Part shown: positions 17,186 to 26,778 of the stretch, piece by piece
Position numbering within the stretch: the first letter of the stretch is position 1
How the letters are laid out: every line of letters starts with the position of its first letter
Source: a candidate division WOR-3 bacterium
Lineage (GTDB): Bacteria; Hydrothermota; Tepidihabitantia; Tepidihabitantales; Tepidihabitantaceae
Direction of reading: 5' to 3'
DNA: 27,328 nucleotides
Assembly (NCBI GenBank): GCA_965649225.1
Contig: CBFGJX010000026.1
Location: forward strand, 1 to 27,328
Made by a program: the position numbers and the translations under genes
The notes under the pieces: generated by a model
Databases searched by the model: none
Seen by the model: the letters and a program-made list of their open reading frames with translations, nothing else
What the model was told of the DNA's origin: nothing

Positions 17186-17613
17186 TTTAACCTCCTGGCG
17201 TTTCAGCGCCCAGTAAAAAGTTACACTCCGGATTGTTTTCCCACCAGCTCTTACCCTTATCCCGACTTCGCACTATAGACGCTCTGCCTGAGTGGGAGAT
17301 TCACACAATCTGCTGGCGGACGAATTTCTGCAATGGGCCGGGCATGACCGCTGGTAGCGGCCGGAGGTCATTGGCGGATAAAGCTCAGGTTGGCGCCGCC
17401 TTGGAGGCGGTCGGGAGACGGTCTCGAACCGGCCGGTTTTCGGCAATCACAATCCCGGACCGGGCGCTAACTGATTGCCCGGCTGTGGTCTTGCCCGGCC
17501 GGTTGCGCCGAGAGGCCAACTGGAGCCGGTGTCGTTTGTCGCCGGCAGGCAGTCTGATGGCTCTAACAATGATGTGCAGGATTCCTGCTTGTGTTACCTG
17601 CCGGTTCGGAAGC

Positions 17614-17641
17614 TTGACATAGCCATCCGGTTTCATACACT
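17614..17641 (+). promoter_or_regulatory. cas operon promoter
   Basis: TTGACA-N16-TACACT, then a GAGG RBS and ATG 17657. Confidence 0.7.
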
Positions 17642-17656
17642 CCGGGTTGAGGTTGG

Positions 17657-18565
17657 ATGCAATTCACAGCGCTGCGCGTGGTGTTACGCCCGCTTGAGGC
17701 GGCATCGGTTCCACGCTACAAGGGGGCAATGGTGCGCGGTGCATTTGGCCGCGCCTTCCGCCGGGTTGTCTGTTCCTTTCCGGCCCGGGATTGCTGCGAC
17801 TGTGTCTTGAGCTCTGCCTGTCCCTGGCAGCTGGTTTTCAACACACCCCGGCCACCGGACTCGACAATCATGCGCCGGTACGAGACGGTGCCGCATCCTT
17901 ATGTCATTGAACCACCCGAAAACGATGCGGTTGTCGTCGCGCTGGATGAGGAACTGACGTTCGGTCTGGGGCTGGTCGGCCGTGCTGCCCGTTACCTGCC
18001 GTACTTTCTGCTCAGTTTCGAAGAGATGGCTTCGCGGGGGATGGGTGCCGGTCGGGCCCGGTTTCGTGTCGTTGCAGTTACCAGTCAGGATCGCCTGATC
18101 TATGACCCGGTCAGCGCAACCGTGCAGCCGCCGGTGCCGCAGCGACTGGATTTCAGTCCGGTTGATTCTGCCTGCCGGGTGAGAATCAGCTTCATCACGC
18201 CGACGCGGATAACCTATCAGGGTCAGATGGCGCGGTGTTTGCCTTTTCACGTGCTGTTTCGCTCGCTGGTACGGCGGATTGGTCTTTTGGCCTATTTCCA
18301 CGATGAGCCGTTGACAATTGACTATCGCGGGCTGATTGAACAGTCGCGGGCGGTTGCTGTCTCCGAACAGCAACTGGCTCCGGTCCGGTGGCGGCGTTTT
18401 TCGGGCCGTCAGGGTCGGGTGCTGGAGGTTGACGGCTTCACTGGCACTGCGGTTTATGAGGGCGAGCTTGGACCGCTGCTGCCGTTTCTGCGTGCCGGTG
18501 AACTGCTGCATGTGGGCAAGGGGACAAGTTTTGGCATGGGCAAGTACAGACTGGAGGTAGCATGA
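17657..18565 (+). CDS. cas6: Cas6 pre-crRNA endoribonuclease (Cys-cluster type)
   Basis: G..VRGAFG, Cx6Cx2Cx5C, PHPYVI, and the C-terminal G-loop HVGKGTSFGMG. Confidence 0.92.
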   Translation: MQFTALRVVLRPLEAASVPRYKGAMVRGAFGRAFRRVVCSFPARDCCDCVLSSACPWQLVFNTPRPPDSTIMRRYETVPHPYVIEPPENDAVVVALDEELTFGLGLVGRAARYLPYFLLSFEEMASRGMGAGRARFRVVAVTSQDRLIYDPVSATVQPPVPQRLDFSPVDSACRVRISFITPTRITYQGQMARCLPFHVLFRSLVRRIGLLAYFHDEPLTIDYRGLIEQSRAVAVSEQQLAPVRWRRFSGRQGRVLEVDGFTGTAVYEGELGPLLPFLRAGELLHVGKGTSFGMGKYRLEVA

Positions 18566-20922
18566 ACGGGACAGTTGCTGATTCAGAGGTGGTTTTGCTG
18601 GCGGCCCTGCTGCACGACATTGGCAAATTTGCCCAGCGGGCCGGGCGGGGTCTCTCGGCCGAGGCCGAGCGGCTGGTCGGCACCTATTGTCCGTCAACCG
18701 CCGGGCGCTCGACCCACATTCACGCTGCAATCAGCGCCGAGTTCATTGGTCAGGGACTTGGCCCCCGCTGGGAGCGCGCCGAATATGTTGCTGGCTATCA
18801 TCATCGTCCCGAGTCGGCACCGGCCGACTATCGCCGGCTGGCACTGATTGTCGCGCTGGCGGACCGGCTTTCATCCGGCGAACGGCAGGCGCGGAGCGAT
18901 TCGGAAACCGGCCGGGCTCAGGCCGAGCCGCTGGTGTCAGTATTCAGCCAGCTGCGGGGCTCGACCGACTTTACCTACTTTCCGCTCGTGGCACTCACCG
19001 ACAGTTTCGACGGACACACGCCACTTGCCGACAAAACGGTTGCGCTGGGTGGTTCGGCGGCATATCCGCGGCTCTGGGAACAGTTCACGGCCGACTTCCG
19101 ATTCGGGCAGTCCGACGACAGCGGCTGGCTGGTTGACCGGTTGCTGGCACTGCTGGAAAAGTACTGCCTGTTTATTCCGGCTGCGGCGTGGCGCAGCGAG
19201 GCCGATATTTCGCTGTATCACCATCTTAAGTCAACTGCGGCGATTGCCGCCTGTCTGTACCACAGCGGCATCGGCGAGAACGAACTGGAGTCGCTGCTGG
19301 GTCTGTCGAGTCGGCCGCCCGAAACCAGCCGGCCGGTGGCGGAGCTGGTCGGCTGCGACATATCCGGCATCCAGAGTTTCATCTACAACCTTCGCGCGCG
19401 GGGTGCGCTCAAGAGCCTGCGCGGTCGTTCGTTCTATCTGCAGTTGCTGCCCGAAGCGGTTGCCGGAATGGTGCTGGGTGAATTTCAACTCTCCCGGGCC
19501 AATCTGATTTACTGTGGCGGTGGTCACTTCTACGCCCTGGTGCCGGCGCTCGCCGACACCGCTGCCCGGCTGACGGCGGTTCAGCGCCGGGTTGACGAGA
19601 TACTGCTGCGGGCACATGCCGGCCGGCTGGGCATTGTTCTGACTGCCCTGCCGCTGACCATTGACGACTTCTCGAGCGTTGAGTTTGGCCGGGCCTGGGA
19701 CCGGCTTCATCTTCGGCTGGCCCGGGAGAAGCGCCGGCGGTTTGCCGAACTTCTGGCTGGCAACGATCCGGCGGCGGTGCTGGGTCCGACCGGCGTTGGT
19801 GGCGAGGCTCCGGCCTGTGCCGTTTGTGGTGAGGAACTTCCCGTCGGGGGGACAGACGGCGTCTGTTCGGGTTGCGCCGGTTTTGAACAACTTGGCCGGG
19901 ACCTTTCCCGCGCCAAGGCCATCTTGGAAGAACCGGTCAGCATTCCGGCAACAGGCGACGACTGGGCAGCGGTGCTGGCGGCGCTAGGGCGTTGTTACCG
20001 GTTGCTCGCCGGAGCCGACGACAGCCGGTCGGCATATCTGCTGAACTCGCTGGCGCTTGGTTCGACATCGGCGCGGGGCTTCCGGTTTGTTGCCAGTCAC
20101 GTGCCGGCTGGCCGGGACGGCACAGCAACGCTGGAAGAACTGGCCGAGCGGGCGAAAGGCGTTGACAACTGGGGTGTATTGCGGATGGACGTTGACAATC
20201 TGGGCGATGCCTTCATCAGCGGACTGGGCCAGCAGCGCTCGATGTCCCGGCTTTCAATGCTCAGCTATCTGCTTGGGACATTCTTTGCCGCCCGTGTCCA
20301 GGCGGTTGCCCGGGAGAGCGAATTCAACAGCAGCATCTATCTCGCTTACTCAGGTGGCGACGACCTGTTCGCAGTCGGTCCCTGGTCAGTTTTGCCGGTC
20401 TTTGCCCGGCGGATAAACGAAGAGTTCAGCCGCTTCACTTCCGAACGGCTCAGTCTCTCGGCCGGCATTTTCATTGCTCCGGCGGTCCGGTTTCCGGTGT
20501 ATGAAGCTGCCGAGCGCGCCGGGGATGCCGAGGCCGAGGCCAAAACTGCTGCCGGCAAAAACAGCATCAGCTTTCTTGAGCGGGTTGTCAGCTGGTCTGA
20601 GCTTGCCGAGGCGCAGAGTGTCAAAGACCGGCTTGTTGTCCAGCTCGAGCGCGAAAAAGGACTGCCCCGTTCGATTCTGGGTGTGCTGCGTTCAAGCTGG
20701 CAGCAGTGGCAGGAAACCTGTGATGGCCGTCGGCCGGTTTTTCCGGTCTGGCGGTTGCTCTATGCGCTGGCCCGGCTCAAGGCAAGACAGCGCAGCAACG
20801 ATGAACTCGTCCTGGCAATAAACGAACTTGAGCAGTCGGTGGTGCGGGATACCGGCCTGCATCCCCGGCTTGACCTGATTGCCCGTTGGGCCGAACTGGA
20901 GACAAGGAGGAACAGTGAATAA
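18562..20922 (+). CDS. cas10: Cas10/Csm1 with HD nuclease and cyclase palm domains
   Basis: LLHDIGK, ADRLSSGER, DISLYHH, DISGIQSFIY, LRGRSF, CxxC..CxxC, MDVDNLG and YSGGDDL. Confidence 0.96.
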   Translation: MNGTVADSEVVLLAALLHDIGKFAQRAGRGLSAEAERLVGTYCPSTAGRSTHIHAAISAEFIGQGLGPRWERAEYVAGYHHRPESAPADYRRLALIVALADRLSSGERQARSDSETGRAQAEPLVSVFSQLRGSTDFTYFPLVALTDSFDGHTPLADKTVALGGSAAYPRLWEQFTADFRFGQSDDSGWLVDRLLALLEKYCLFIPAAAWRSEADISLYHHLKSTAAIAACLYHSGIGENELESLLGLSSRPPETSRPVAELVGCDISGIQSFIYNLRARGALKSLRGRSFYLQLLPEAVAGMVLGEFQLSRANLIYCGGGHFYALVPALADTAARLTAVQRRVDEILLRAHAGRLGIVLTALPLTIDDFSSVEFGRAWDRLHLRLAREKRRRFAELLAGNDPAAVLGPTGVGGEAPACAVCGEELPVGGTDGVCSGCAGFEQLGRDLSRAKAILEEPVSIPATGDDWAAVLAALGRCYRLLAGADDSRSAYLLNSLALGSTSARGFRFVASHVPAGRDGTATLEELAERAKGVDNWGVLRMDVDNLGDAFISGLGQQRSMSRLSMLSYLLGTFFAARVQAVARESEFNSSIYLAYSGGDDLFAVGPWSVLPVFARRINEEFSRFTSERLSLSAGIFIAPAVRFPVYEAAERAGDAEAEAKTAAGKNSISFLERVVSWSELAEAQSVKDRLVVQLEREKGLPRSILGVLRSSWQQWQETCDGRRPVFPVWRLLYALARLKARQRSNDELVLAINELEQSVVRDTGLHPRLDLIARWAELETRRNSE

Positions 20923-21334
20923 TCGGCCTGCTGCCCGCCCGGCGCAGGATTCCCGGGTGGTATCAGAAGCTCAAAAAGAACGCATCAAAAAAGCCCTTGC
21001 GGGCGATGGCCGGCAACTGGTCGAACTCGCCCGCGCAATCGGTGAAAAGCTGGCCGGCAAAACCGGCGACGGCAAGTCAAAGGGCCGGCTCTCGACATCC
21101 CAGCTGCGCAGCGTCCTCGACGACATCCAGCGGATGACCGCATACGACGAATACAAATTGCAGCTCTTGCGTCCGCGGCTGGCCTATGCTGCCGGCCGGC
21201 ATGGCGGCGCGGTGAAGGATTTTCAGGAAATCATCGAGGCGGCGATCGAACAAACCAACGCCGGGAATTTTCGGCAGTTCAAAGACCTCGTAGAAGCAAT
21301 CGTCGGCTATCACCGCTATTTTGGTGGAGAGTGA
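20915..21334 (+). CDS. csm2: Csm2 small subunit
   Basis: STSQLR, LRPRLAYAAGR and EAIVGYHRY. GTG 20915 follows AGGAGG. Confidence 0.93.
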   Translation: MNNRPAARPAQDSRVVSEAQKERIKKALAGDGRQLVELARAIGEKLAGKTGDGKSKGRLSTSQLRSVLDDIQRMTAYDEYKLQLLRPRLAYAAGRHGGAVKDFQEIIEAAIEQTNAGNFRQFKDLVEAIVGYHRYFGGE

Positions 21335-21341
21335 GGCAAAC

Positions 21342-22121
21342 ATGGCACTTCTGCTTGGCAAAGTGATTATTCGTGCCGATATCAGGCTGATTACCGGCAC
21401 CCGGATCGGTGGCAGTCAGGGCGGACTGAAAATCGGCGGGCTGGACCTCGCCGTTATCACCGACCCGCTCGGTCGTCCTTATCTGCCCGGTTCGTCAATC
21501 AAGGGCAAGCTGCGCTCGCTCACCGAACGGGCGCTTGGTGTGGCCATTGGCAAAGGCAGTCACTGCTGCGAGAAAAAAGAAGACTATCAAAAATGCGTCG
21601 TCTGCCGGATATACGGTACAACCGAAAGCTTCGAGCCGGAAGTCTCGACCCTGACCCGGTTGCTGGTGCGCGATGTTGCCCTCGACACCAGCTCTATCAC
21701 CAGCGAGATGCGGGCAAATCTCGAACTGGAATACAGCGAGGTGAAAGTCGAGACGGCGATAGACCGGCTGACCGGCACGGCCAAAGGCGGCAGTCTGCGT
21801 CAGGTCGAACGCGTGCCCGCCGGCGCGATTTTCCGGCCCGCCGAGTTTATCTTCAACATTTTCGAAGAAAGCGACAAAGACCTGCTGGGCCATCTGTTTG
21901 CCGCCATGGCGCTGCTCGAACACGACTATCTCGGTGGCATGGGTTCACGCGGCTACGGCCGGGTTGCGATTGAGAATATCTCAGTCTGGTGGAACCCGGT
22001 CGAAAGTTACCGTTCCGGTGACTACGAGCTGAAGTCTGAACGACAGATCAACGACGACAAGACCACAACTCCCGCGGCGCTGGTCAAAAATTTTGAGGCA
22101 CTGAAGCAGAAAATGAATTAG
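21342..22121 (+). CDS. csm3: Csm3 RAMP backbone RNase
   Basis: IGGLD (catalytic Asp), PYLPGSSIKGKLRSL, EVKVETAIDR, RQVERVPAG and LGGMGSRGYG. Confidence 0.95.
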   Translation: MALLLGKVIIRADIRLITGTRIGGSQGGLKIGGLDLAVITDPLGRPYLPGSSIKGKLRSLTERALGVAIGKGSHCCEKKEDYQKCVVCRIYGTTESFEPEVSTLTRLLVRDVALDTSSITSEMRANLELEYSEVKVETAIDRLTGTAKGGSLRQVERVPAGAIFRPAEFIFNIFEESDKDLLGHLFAAMALLEHDYLGGMGSRGYGRVAIENISVWWNPVESYRSGDYELKSERQINDDKTTTPAALVKNFEALKQKMN

Positions 22122-22130
22122 GAATCGCCC

Positions 22131-23090
22131 ATGACTTTGACTACCTGCATCCTCCGGCCGTCCGGGCCGCTGCATCTCGGCGAGCGTGAAGGAGTGCGGG
22201 CAGGCTCCGGCGGCTTCATTCATTCCGACACGCTTTTTTCGGCGCTCTGTCACGGGCTGCTGCTCCTTGAAGGCAGAAACGGCCTCGAGGAATTCCTTGC
22301 GGCAGAGCAGGACGGCCAGCCGGCGGTGGTCATCAGCTCTGCCTTTCCATTCTGGCAGGGCCGCTGCTGCTTTCCGGTGCCGGCCAACCAGCTGCCGGCC
22401 GACAAACGCCGCAAACGGCTGCGCTTTGTTTTTCAGGGCGAGTTCGAACGCCTGCTCACCGGTCAGCCGCTGGGCGAGAACCCGGACGACTACAGCCTGC
22501 CGGCCGGTGCGGTTGTCACGCGCGACGTGCCGCGGGTAACAGTCGCCCGCGGTGGTGGCCAGGCTGAAACCGGCGGCTTGTATCATGTCGGTCAGACAGT
22601 TTGTTCTGCTGACACGGCATTCTTCTTTCTTGTCCGGTTCGGGTCCGACGCCTGGCGCCGGCGGCTTGAGGCCGCGCTGCAAATCACCTGCCAGGAGGGC
22701 ATCGGCGGCTGCCGCAGCATCGGGCTGGGCGGATTTCACCCTCCCGAATTCACCCAGACCGAACTGGCCGTGCCGGAAGCCGCCGAAGCCGGACTGCTGC
22801 TTTCGCTTTACTATCCTCGTGAGGGCGAAAGTGAAGGACTCAGTGAAGGCTGGTACAATCTCATCACCCGCCGGGGCTATGTCTTCTCGCCGGAGACCCG
22901 CAGCCTGCGGCGCCGGCCGGTGACGATGTTCGCCGAAGGTTCGGTTCTGCCCCGGGCGCAGCGAATTGGCCGGCTGATTGATGTCACGCCCGACCCGCCG
23001 CTGATGACCCATCGCGTCTGGCGCAACGGACTGGCCTTCACTGTCCCCTGCCGGTTGCAGGTCACTCCACCCGGAGGCAACGATGACTGA
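22131..23090 (+). CDS. csm4: Csm4 RAMP
   Basis: LHLG, IHSDTLFSAL, ISSAFP, GIGGCRSIGLG and MFAEGSV. Confidence 0.93.
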   Translation: MTLTTCILRPSGPLHLGEREGVRAGSGGFIHSDTLFSALCHGLLLLEGRNGLEEFLAAEQDGQPAVVISSAFPFWQGRCCFPVPANQLPADKRRKRLRFVFQGEFERLLTGQPLGENPDDYSLPAGAVVTRDVPRVTVARGGGQAETGGLYHVGQTVCSADTAFFFLVRFGSDAWRRRLEAALQITCQEGIGGCRSIGLGGFHPPEFTQTELAVPEAAEAGLLLSLYYPREGESEGLSEGWYNLITRRGYVFSPETRSLRRRPVTMFAEGSVLPRAQRIGRLIDVTPDPPLMTHRVWRNGLAFTVPCRLQVTPPGGNDD

Positions 23091-24072
23091 ACAATTCCGG
23101 CTGAAGCTGAAGGTGATTACGCCGGTTCACATTGGCTCCGGCGAGACACTCACCCGGATTGACTACTGGTTTGACAATAAAAGATTCTGCCGGGTCAATC
23201 TTGACTCACTGTTTGCCGACCCCGATTTTGCTCCGCTGCGCGACAAGTTCACCGCCGCGGCGCCGAACGGTGAGCCGGTTGAGCGGCTGGTGCCGGCCGA
23301 ACTGCTTCGGCGCCACGTGGGTTACCGGCTTCGGGTTGCACCCGCCGCAAAACGGTATCTGGACGAGAGCCGGCGCACCGAGGTCAAAACGGTTATCAAA
23401 TCGGCGGGTCGGGTCTATATTCCCGGCAGTTCGCTGAAAGGTGCAATGCTGACCGCACTGTGCTGGGACATGTTCACCCCTCCGCCGGCGGGCGGCCCGC
23501 AGCCGGCACACCTGCTGACCGGTTCGGGCGGGGGTGACCTGCTCAGCACCGTTCTGCCGGCACTGGGCGGTACCGGTTCCGGACAGTTTACCCGCTGGCT
23601 TGATGTGTCCGACCCGCTCGAGTACCGGGCGCCGGCCGATTGTCTCGCGCTTTCCTTGGTGGACGTCAAGAAGCCGCCGTCCACCCGGGATGACCCGCGA
23701 GCCGGTCGTCGGGGAAAAGACCTGCGTCTGCTCTGCGAAACCATCCAGAAAAACAACGAATTCACATACCGCCTCACTTTCCCTGCCGGCTCGAAGCTGA
23801 CTGCCGGCAAACTGCTGGACACGGTCAACCGCTTCTATCAGGAGGTTGCCCGTGCCGACCGGCTCAACTCCGACGATGCCGGTTTGAAGCTGCCGGCCAC
23901 CGGTCTTGTTCGGCTCGGCAGCGGGTCCGGAGCCTACGCGGTATCAATGCTGCTGGCAGCAAGGCAACTCGGGGTTGCCGGTTATCGGGTGCGGCCGCCC
24001 CGCTCGCGCAAACGGGCCGGCGAAGGCAACATTCCGCTTGGCTGGGCGCAGTTGACATTGGAGGATGGATGA
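23083..24072 (+). CDS. csm5: Csm5 RAMP
   Basis: ITPVHIGSG, YIPGSSLKGA, VSD, RLGSGSG and PLGW. Confidence 0.9.
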   Translation: MTEQFRLKLKVITPVHIGSGETLTRIDYWFDNKRFCRVNLDSLFADPDFAPLRDKFTAAAPNGEPVERLVPAELLRRHVGYRLRVAPAAKRYLDESRRTEVKTVIKSAGRVYIPGSSLKGAMLTALCWDMFTPPPAGGPQPAHLLTGSGGGDLLSTVLPALGGTGSGQFTRWLDVSDPLEYRAPADCLALSLVDVKKPPSTRDDPRAGRRGKDLRLLCETIQKNNEFTYRLTFPAGSKLTAGKLLDTVNRFYQEVARADRLNSDDAGLKLPATGLVRLGSGSGAYAVSMLLAARQLGVAGYRVRPPRSRKRAGEGNIPLGWAQLTLEDG

Positions 24073-25292
24073 GTGCATTCTTTGTGACTGTCGGGACCGG
24101 ATTTGCCGGCAACATCACCGACATACTGATCCAGACCGTTCGCGAAGCCAATCCCAACTACTGCCTGCTGATTGCCACTGCCTTGAGCCGTCCGGAAGCC
24201 GAGAAGGTGGTGCAGAAACTCGGTCGCCCCGGGGTTGAGATTTATCAGCTTGAGTCAAGCGAGGACCGGCTGGAGGACCTCTATCAGGAAATCCGCGATG
24301 TCATCGCCCGGCGGCTGACCGAGTGGCAGGTCAGGCCCGAAGACGCCACCGCCGATTTTACCACCGGTACCAAGCCGATGAGTGCCGCACTGGTGCTGAC
24401 GGCGGTCAACCTCGGGATTGAACAGCTCAAGTACATCATGGCGGAGCGCGGCGAAGGTGGCCGTCCCCTGCCCGGAACCGAGTCAACGTACACATTCCGG
24501 CCGCGGCGGCTGCAGGCGTCGCTTTTGCTCCAGCGGGCAGTCGAGCTGCTGCGTCGTTACCGCTTTGACACCGTCATCCAGCTCCTTGACCCGATTCCCG
24601 ACTATCTGCTCAGCGAAACCGAGCAGCTCAAACGCAGTTGTCTGCTTGGACTTGCCCGTGCCTATGCCGACTGGGACATCTTTCAGCACATCCGCTTCAA
24701 GAACCAGATTGACGCCGCCCGGCCCGGACGGTGTCGCGAGCTGGCCGGGTTCACTCCGTCTGCGGCGACGGTCTCGACCGTGATGCAGCTTGGCCAGGCG
24801 CTCCAGCAGGGCCGGCTTTGCGACCTGGCCATTGTTGACCTCATCAACAACGCCTGGCGGCGGATTGAGGAAGGCAAGTACGACGATGCCACCGCCCGGC
24901 TCTACCGCGCCTGTGAAATGCTGGCCCAGTGGCAGTTACAGGAGCTTGGCATTGATACGGCCGATGTCCGGCTGGACCTCGTACCCGAAAAGAGTCGTGG
25001 CTGGCTTGAAAACTACCGCGACGGCGAAAAGCCGATCATGATACCCCTGCAGGCTGCCGGGCGACTTCTGGAAGAAATCGGCAAACCCTTCGGCCGCCGC
25101 TTTCGCGCCGACAAGAAACTGGCGGCCCTCCTTCGGACCCGCAACTTTTCGATCCTGGCCCATGGTATCACGCCGGTAAGTCTTGAAACCGCCAGGGAGT
25201 TGCATGGTCTGGTGGAGCAATATGCCCGCGACACTATTGCGGATTTCGAGAACAAAAGCAGGATTCTGAGATTTCCCTGGTCCTGCTGTTGA
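24069..25292 (+). CDS. csm6: Csm6-type CARF-HEPN RNase (TIGR02710-like)
   Basis: N-terminal TVGTG, CARF DFTTGTKPMSAAL, YDDATARLYRACE and HEPN RNFSILAHG. Confidence 0.85.
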   Translation: MSAFFVTVGTGFAGNITDILIQTVREANPNYCLLIATALSRPEAEKVVQKLGRPGVEIYQLESSEDRLEDLYQEIRDVIARRLTEWQVRPEDATADFTTGTKPMSAALVLTAVNLGIEQLKYIMAERGEGGRPLPGTESTYTFRPRRLQASLLLQRAVELLRRYRFDTVIQLLDPIPDYLLSETEQLKRSCLLGLARAYADWDIFQHIRFKNQIDAARPGRCRELAGFTPSAATVSTVMQLGQALQQGRLCDLAIVDLINNAWRRIEEGKYDDATARLYRACEMLAQWQLQELGIDTADVRLDLVPEKSRGWLENYRDGEKPIMIPLQAAGRLLEEIGKPFGRRFRADKKLAALLRTRNFSILAHGITPVSLETARELHGLVEQYARDTIADFENKSRILRFPWSCC

Positions 25293-25419
25293 CTCCGGCG
25301 GCCACGCGGCCGCAGAGCAGGCGTCGGGCCTGACGTTCTTTGACAATCTGGAGTGTGGGCAGCAGGCGCATTCCGGCGGTCAGCTGTCGGCGGCTTTGAA
25401 TTGCTGAGGAGGAAGGTTC

Positions 25420-26409
25420 ATGGCCACACTGTATGTTACCGAGCAGGGTGCAAAAATCACCCGTGAATCCCGGCGGCTGCTGGTGCTTGGTGACGACCGG
25501 GTATTGCTGGACGTGCCGACAATCAAAGTCGAACGGGTGCTGATTTTCGGCTATGCCCAGATAACCACTCAGGCACTTGAGCTGCTGCTCAATGAGGGTA
25601 TCCCGACCGCATTTCTCTCCATGGCCGGCCGGCTGAAAGGGACGCTCGAGCCGGTTCGTTCCAAAAACATCCCGCTGCGGGTGGCTCAGTATGAAGCCTG
25701 TCGCAGTCCCGACTTGCGGCTGGCGGTTGCCCGGCGGCTGGTAGCGGGCAAGATCAGAAATCAGCTTCGCCTGTTGCAGCGCTTTGCTCACAACCGGCCC
25801 GCAATTGATTTCGAAACTGCCCGCTGTGATCTGAGCCGTCTGCTGGGTGAAGTCGAGCGCAAAACCGCAGTGGGCGGACTGCTCGGGCTGGAGGGACAGG
25901 CGACAGCGGTGTATTTTGAAGCCTATCGCCGGATGTTCAACCGGCTTGGTTTTGAGCGTCGCACGCGTCGGCCGCCGGCTGACCCGGTGAACTCGCTGCT
26001 GAGTCTTGGCTACACGCTGCTGACCAACGAGTACGTTTCGGCTGCGTCGGCGGTCGGGTTCGACCCCTATCTGGGCTTTCTCCATGCTACCAGCTACGGC
26101 CGGCCATCACTGGCGCTCGACCTGTGTGAAGAACTGCGGCATCCGCTGGTTGACATGCTCACGCTGGACTTGGTCAATCGCGCGATCATCAAAGCCGACG
26201 ATTTCAGTGCCGACACCGGCGGTTTCCTGCTCAAACCTGACGCACGGCGTCGCTACTTTGCCAAATACGAACGGCGCATGACGATACAGTTTCGGCATCC
26301 CCGCACCGGTCAGAACACCAGCGTCCGCGGCATCATTCGTGACCAGACACTTGTCCTTGCCCGGGCAATACAGCAAGGAGTACCCTATGAACCGTATTTT
26401 ATCGGCTGA
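25420..26409 (+). CDS. cas1: Cas1 integrase
   Basis: LYVTEQGA, GLEG, DPVNSLLSLGY, GFLH and LALDLCEELR. Confidence 0.96.
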   Translation: MATLYVTEQGAKITRESRRLLVLGDDRVLLDVPTIKVERVLIFGYAQITTQALELLLNEGIPTAFLSMAGRLKGTLEPVRSKNIPLRVAQYEACRSPDLRLAVARRLVAGKIRNQLRLLQRFAHNRPAIDFETARCDLSRLLGEVERKTAVGGLLGLEGQATAVYFEAYRRMFNRLGFERRTRRPPADPVNSLLSLGYTLLTNEYVSAASAVGFDPYLGFLHATSYGRPSLALDLCEELRHPLVDMLTLDLVNRAIIKADDFSADTGGFLLKPDARRRYFAKYERRMTIQFRHPRTGQNTSVRGIIRDQTLVLARAIQQGVPYEPYFIG

Positions 26410-26686
26410 ATGGCATGTTGTTGTCAGCTACGACATTGCCTGTGACCGGCGCCGCAACCGAATCTGTCGGGAGTTGAAAGACTATGGTGAACATATTCAG
26501 CTCAGCGTGTTTGAGTGTCTGCTTCGGGACGGGGACCTGGAACGGCTGAGCAAAAGACTCGCCGAGCTGATTGACAACAGCACGGATAGTGTCAGGATAT
26601 ACCGGCTTTGTGAGGCCTGCCGGCGGCGGGTTCAGATTATCGGGACCGGCAAGGTAACCGAGGACCCCGATGTGTTCGTGGTATGA
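26387..26686 (+). CDS. cas2: Cas2
   Basis: VVSYDI, YGEHIQLSVFEC and DSVRIYRLC. ATG 26387 follows AAGGAG. Confidence 0.95.
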   Translation: MNRILSAEWHVVVSYDIACDRRRNRICRELKDYGEHIQLSVFECLLRDGDLERLSKRLAELIDNSTDSVRIYRLCEACRRRVQIIGTGKVTEDPDVFVV

Positions 26687-26778
26687 GCCTGGGTTGACTC
26701 CCGGACCGGCTGTGGACTTGGGGTCAACCCGGCAGTGGCCGGTAACCTGTTGAATACGAACGGGTTGGTTGCTGAACA
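26687..26778 (+). promoter_or_regulatory. CRISPR leader
   Basis: Lies between cas2 and the first repeat. Contains inverted repeat GGGTTGAC/GTCAACCC and an IHF-like TAACCTGTTGAAT. Confidence 0.7.

Noticed and set aside
23083..24072. Csm5 seeming short
   Set aside because: All RAMP motifs and the G-loop are present; no sign of truncation.
25340..25345. TTGACA upstream of cas1
   Set aside because: No -10 box at 16-18 bp.
17657..26686. RT-Cas1, Cas4 or a novel accessory effector in the cas operon
   Set aside because: Cas1 is unfused, the genes are contiguous, and no additional ORF is supported.
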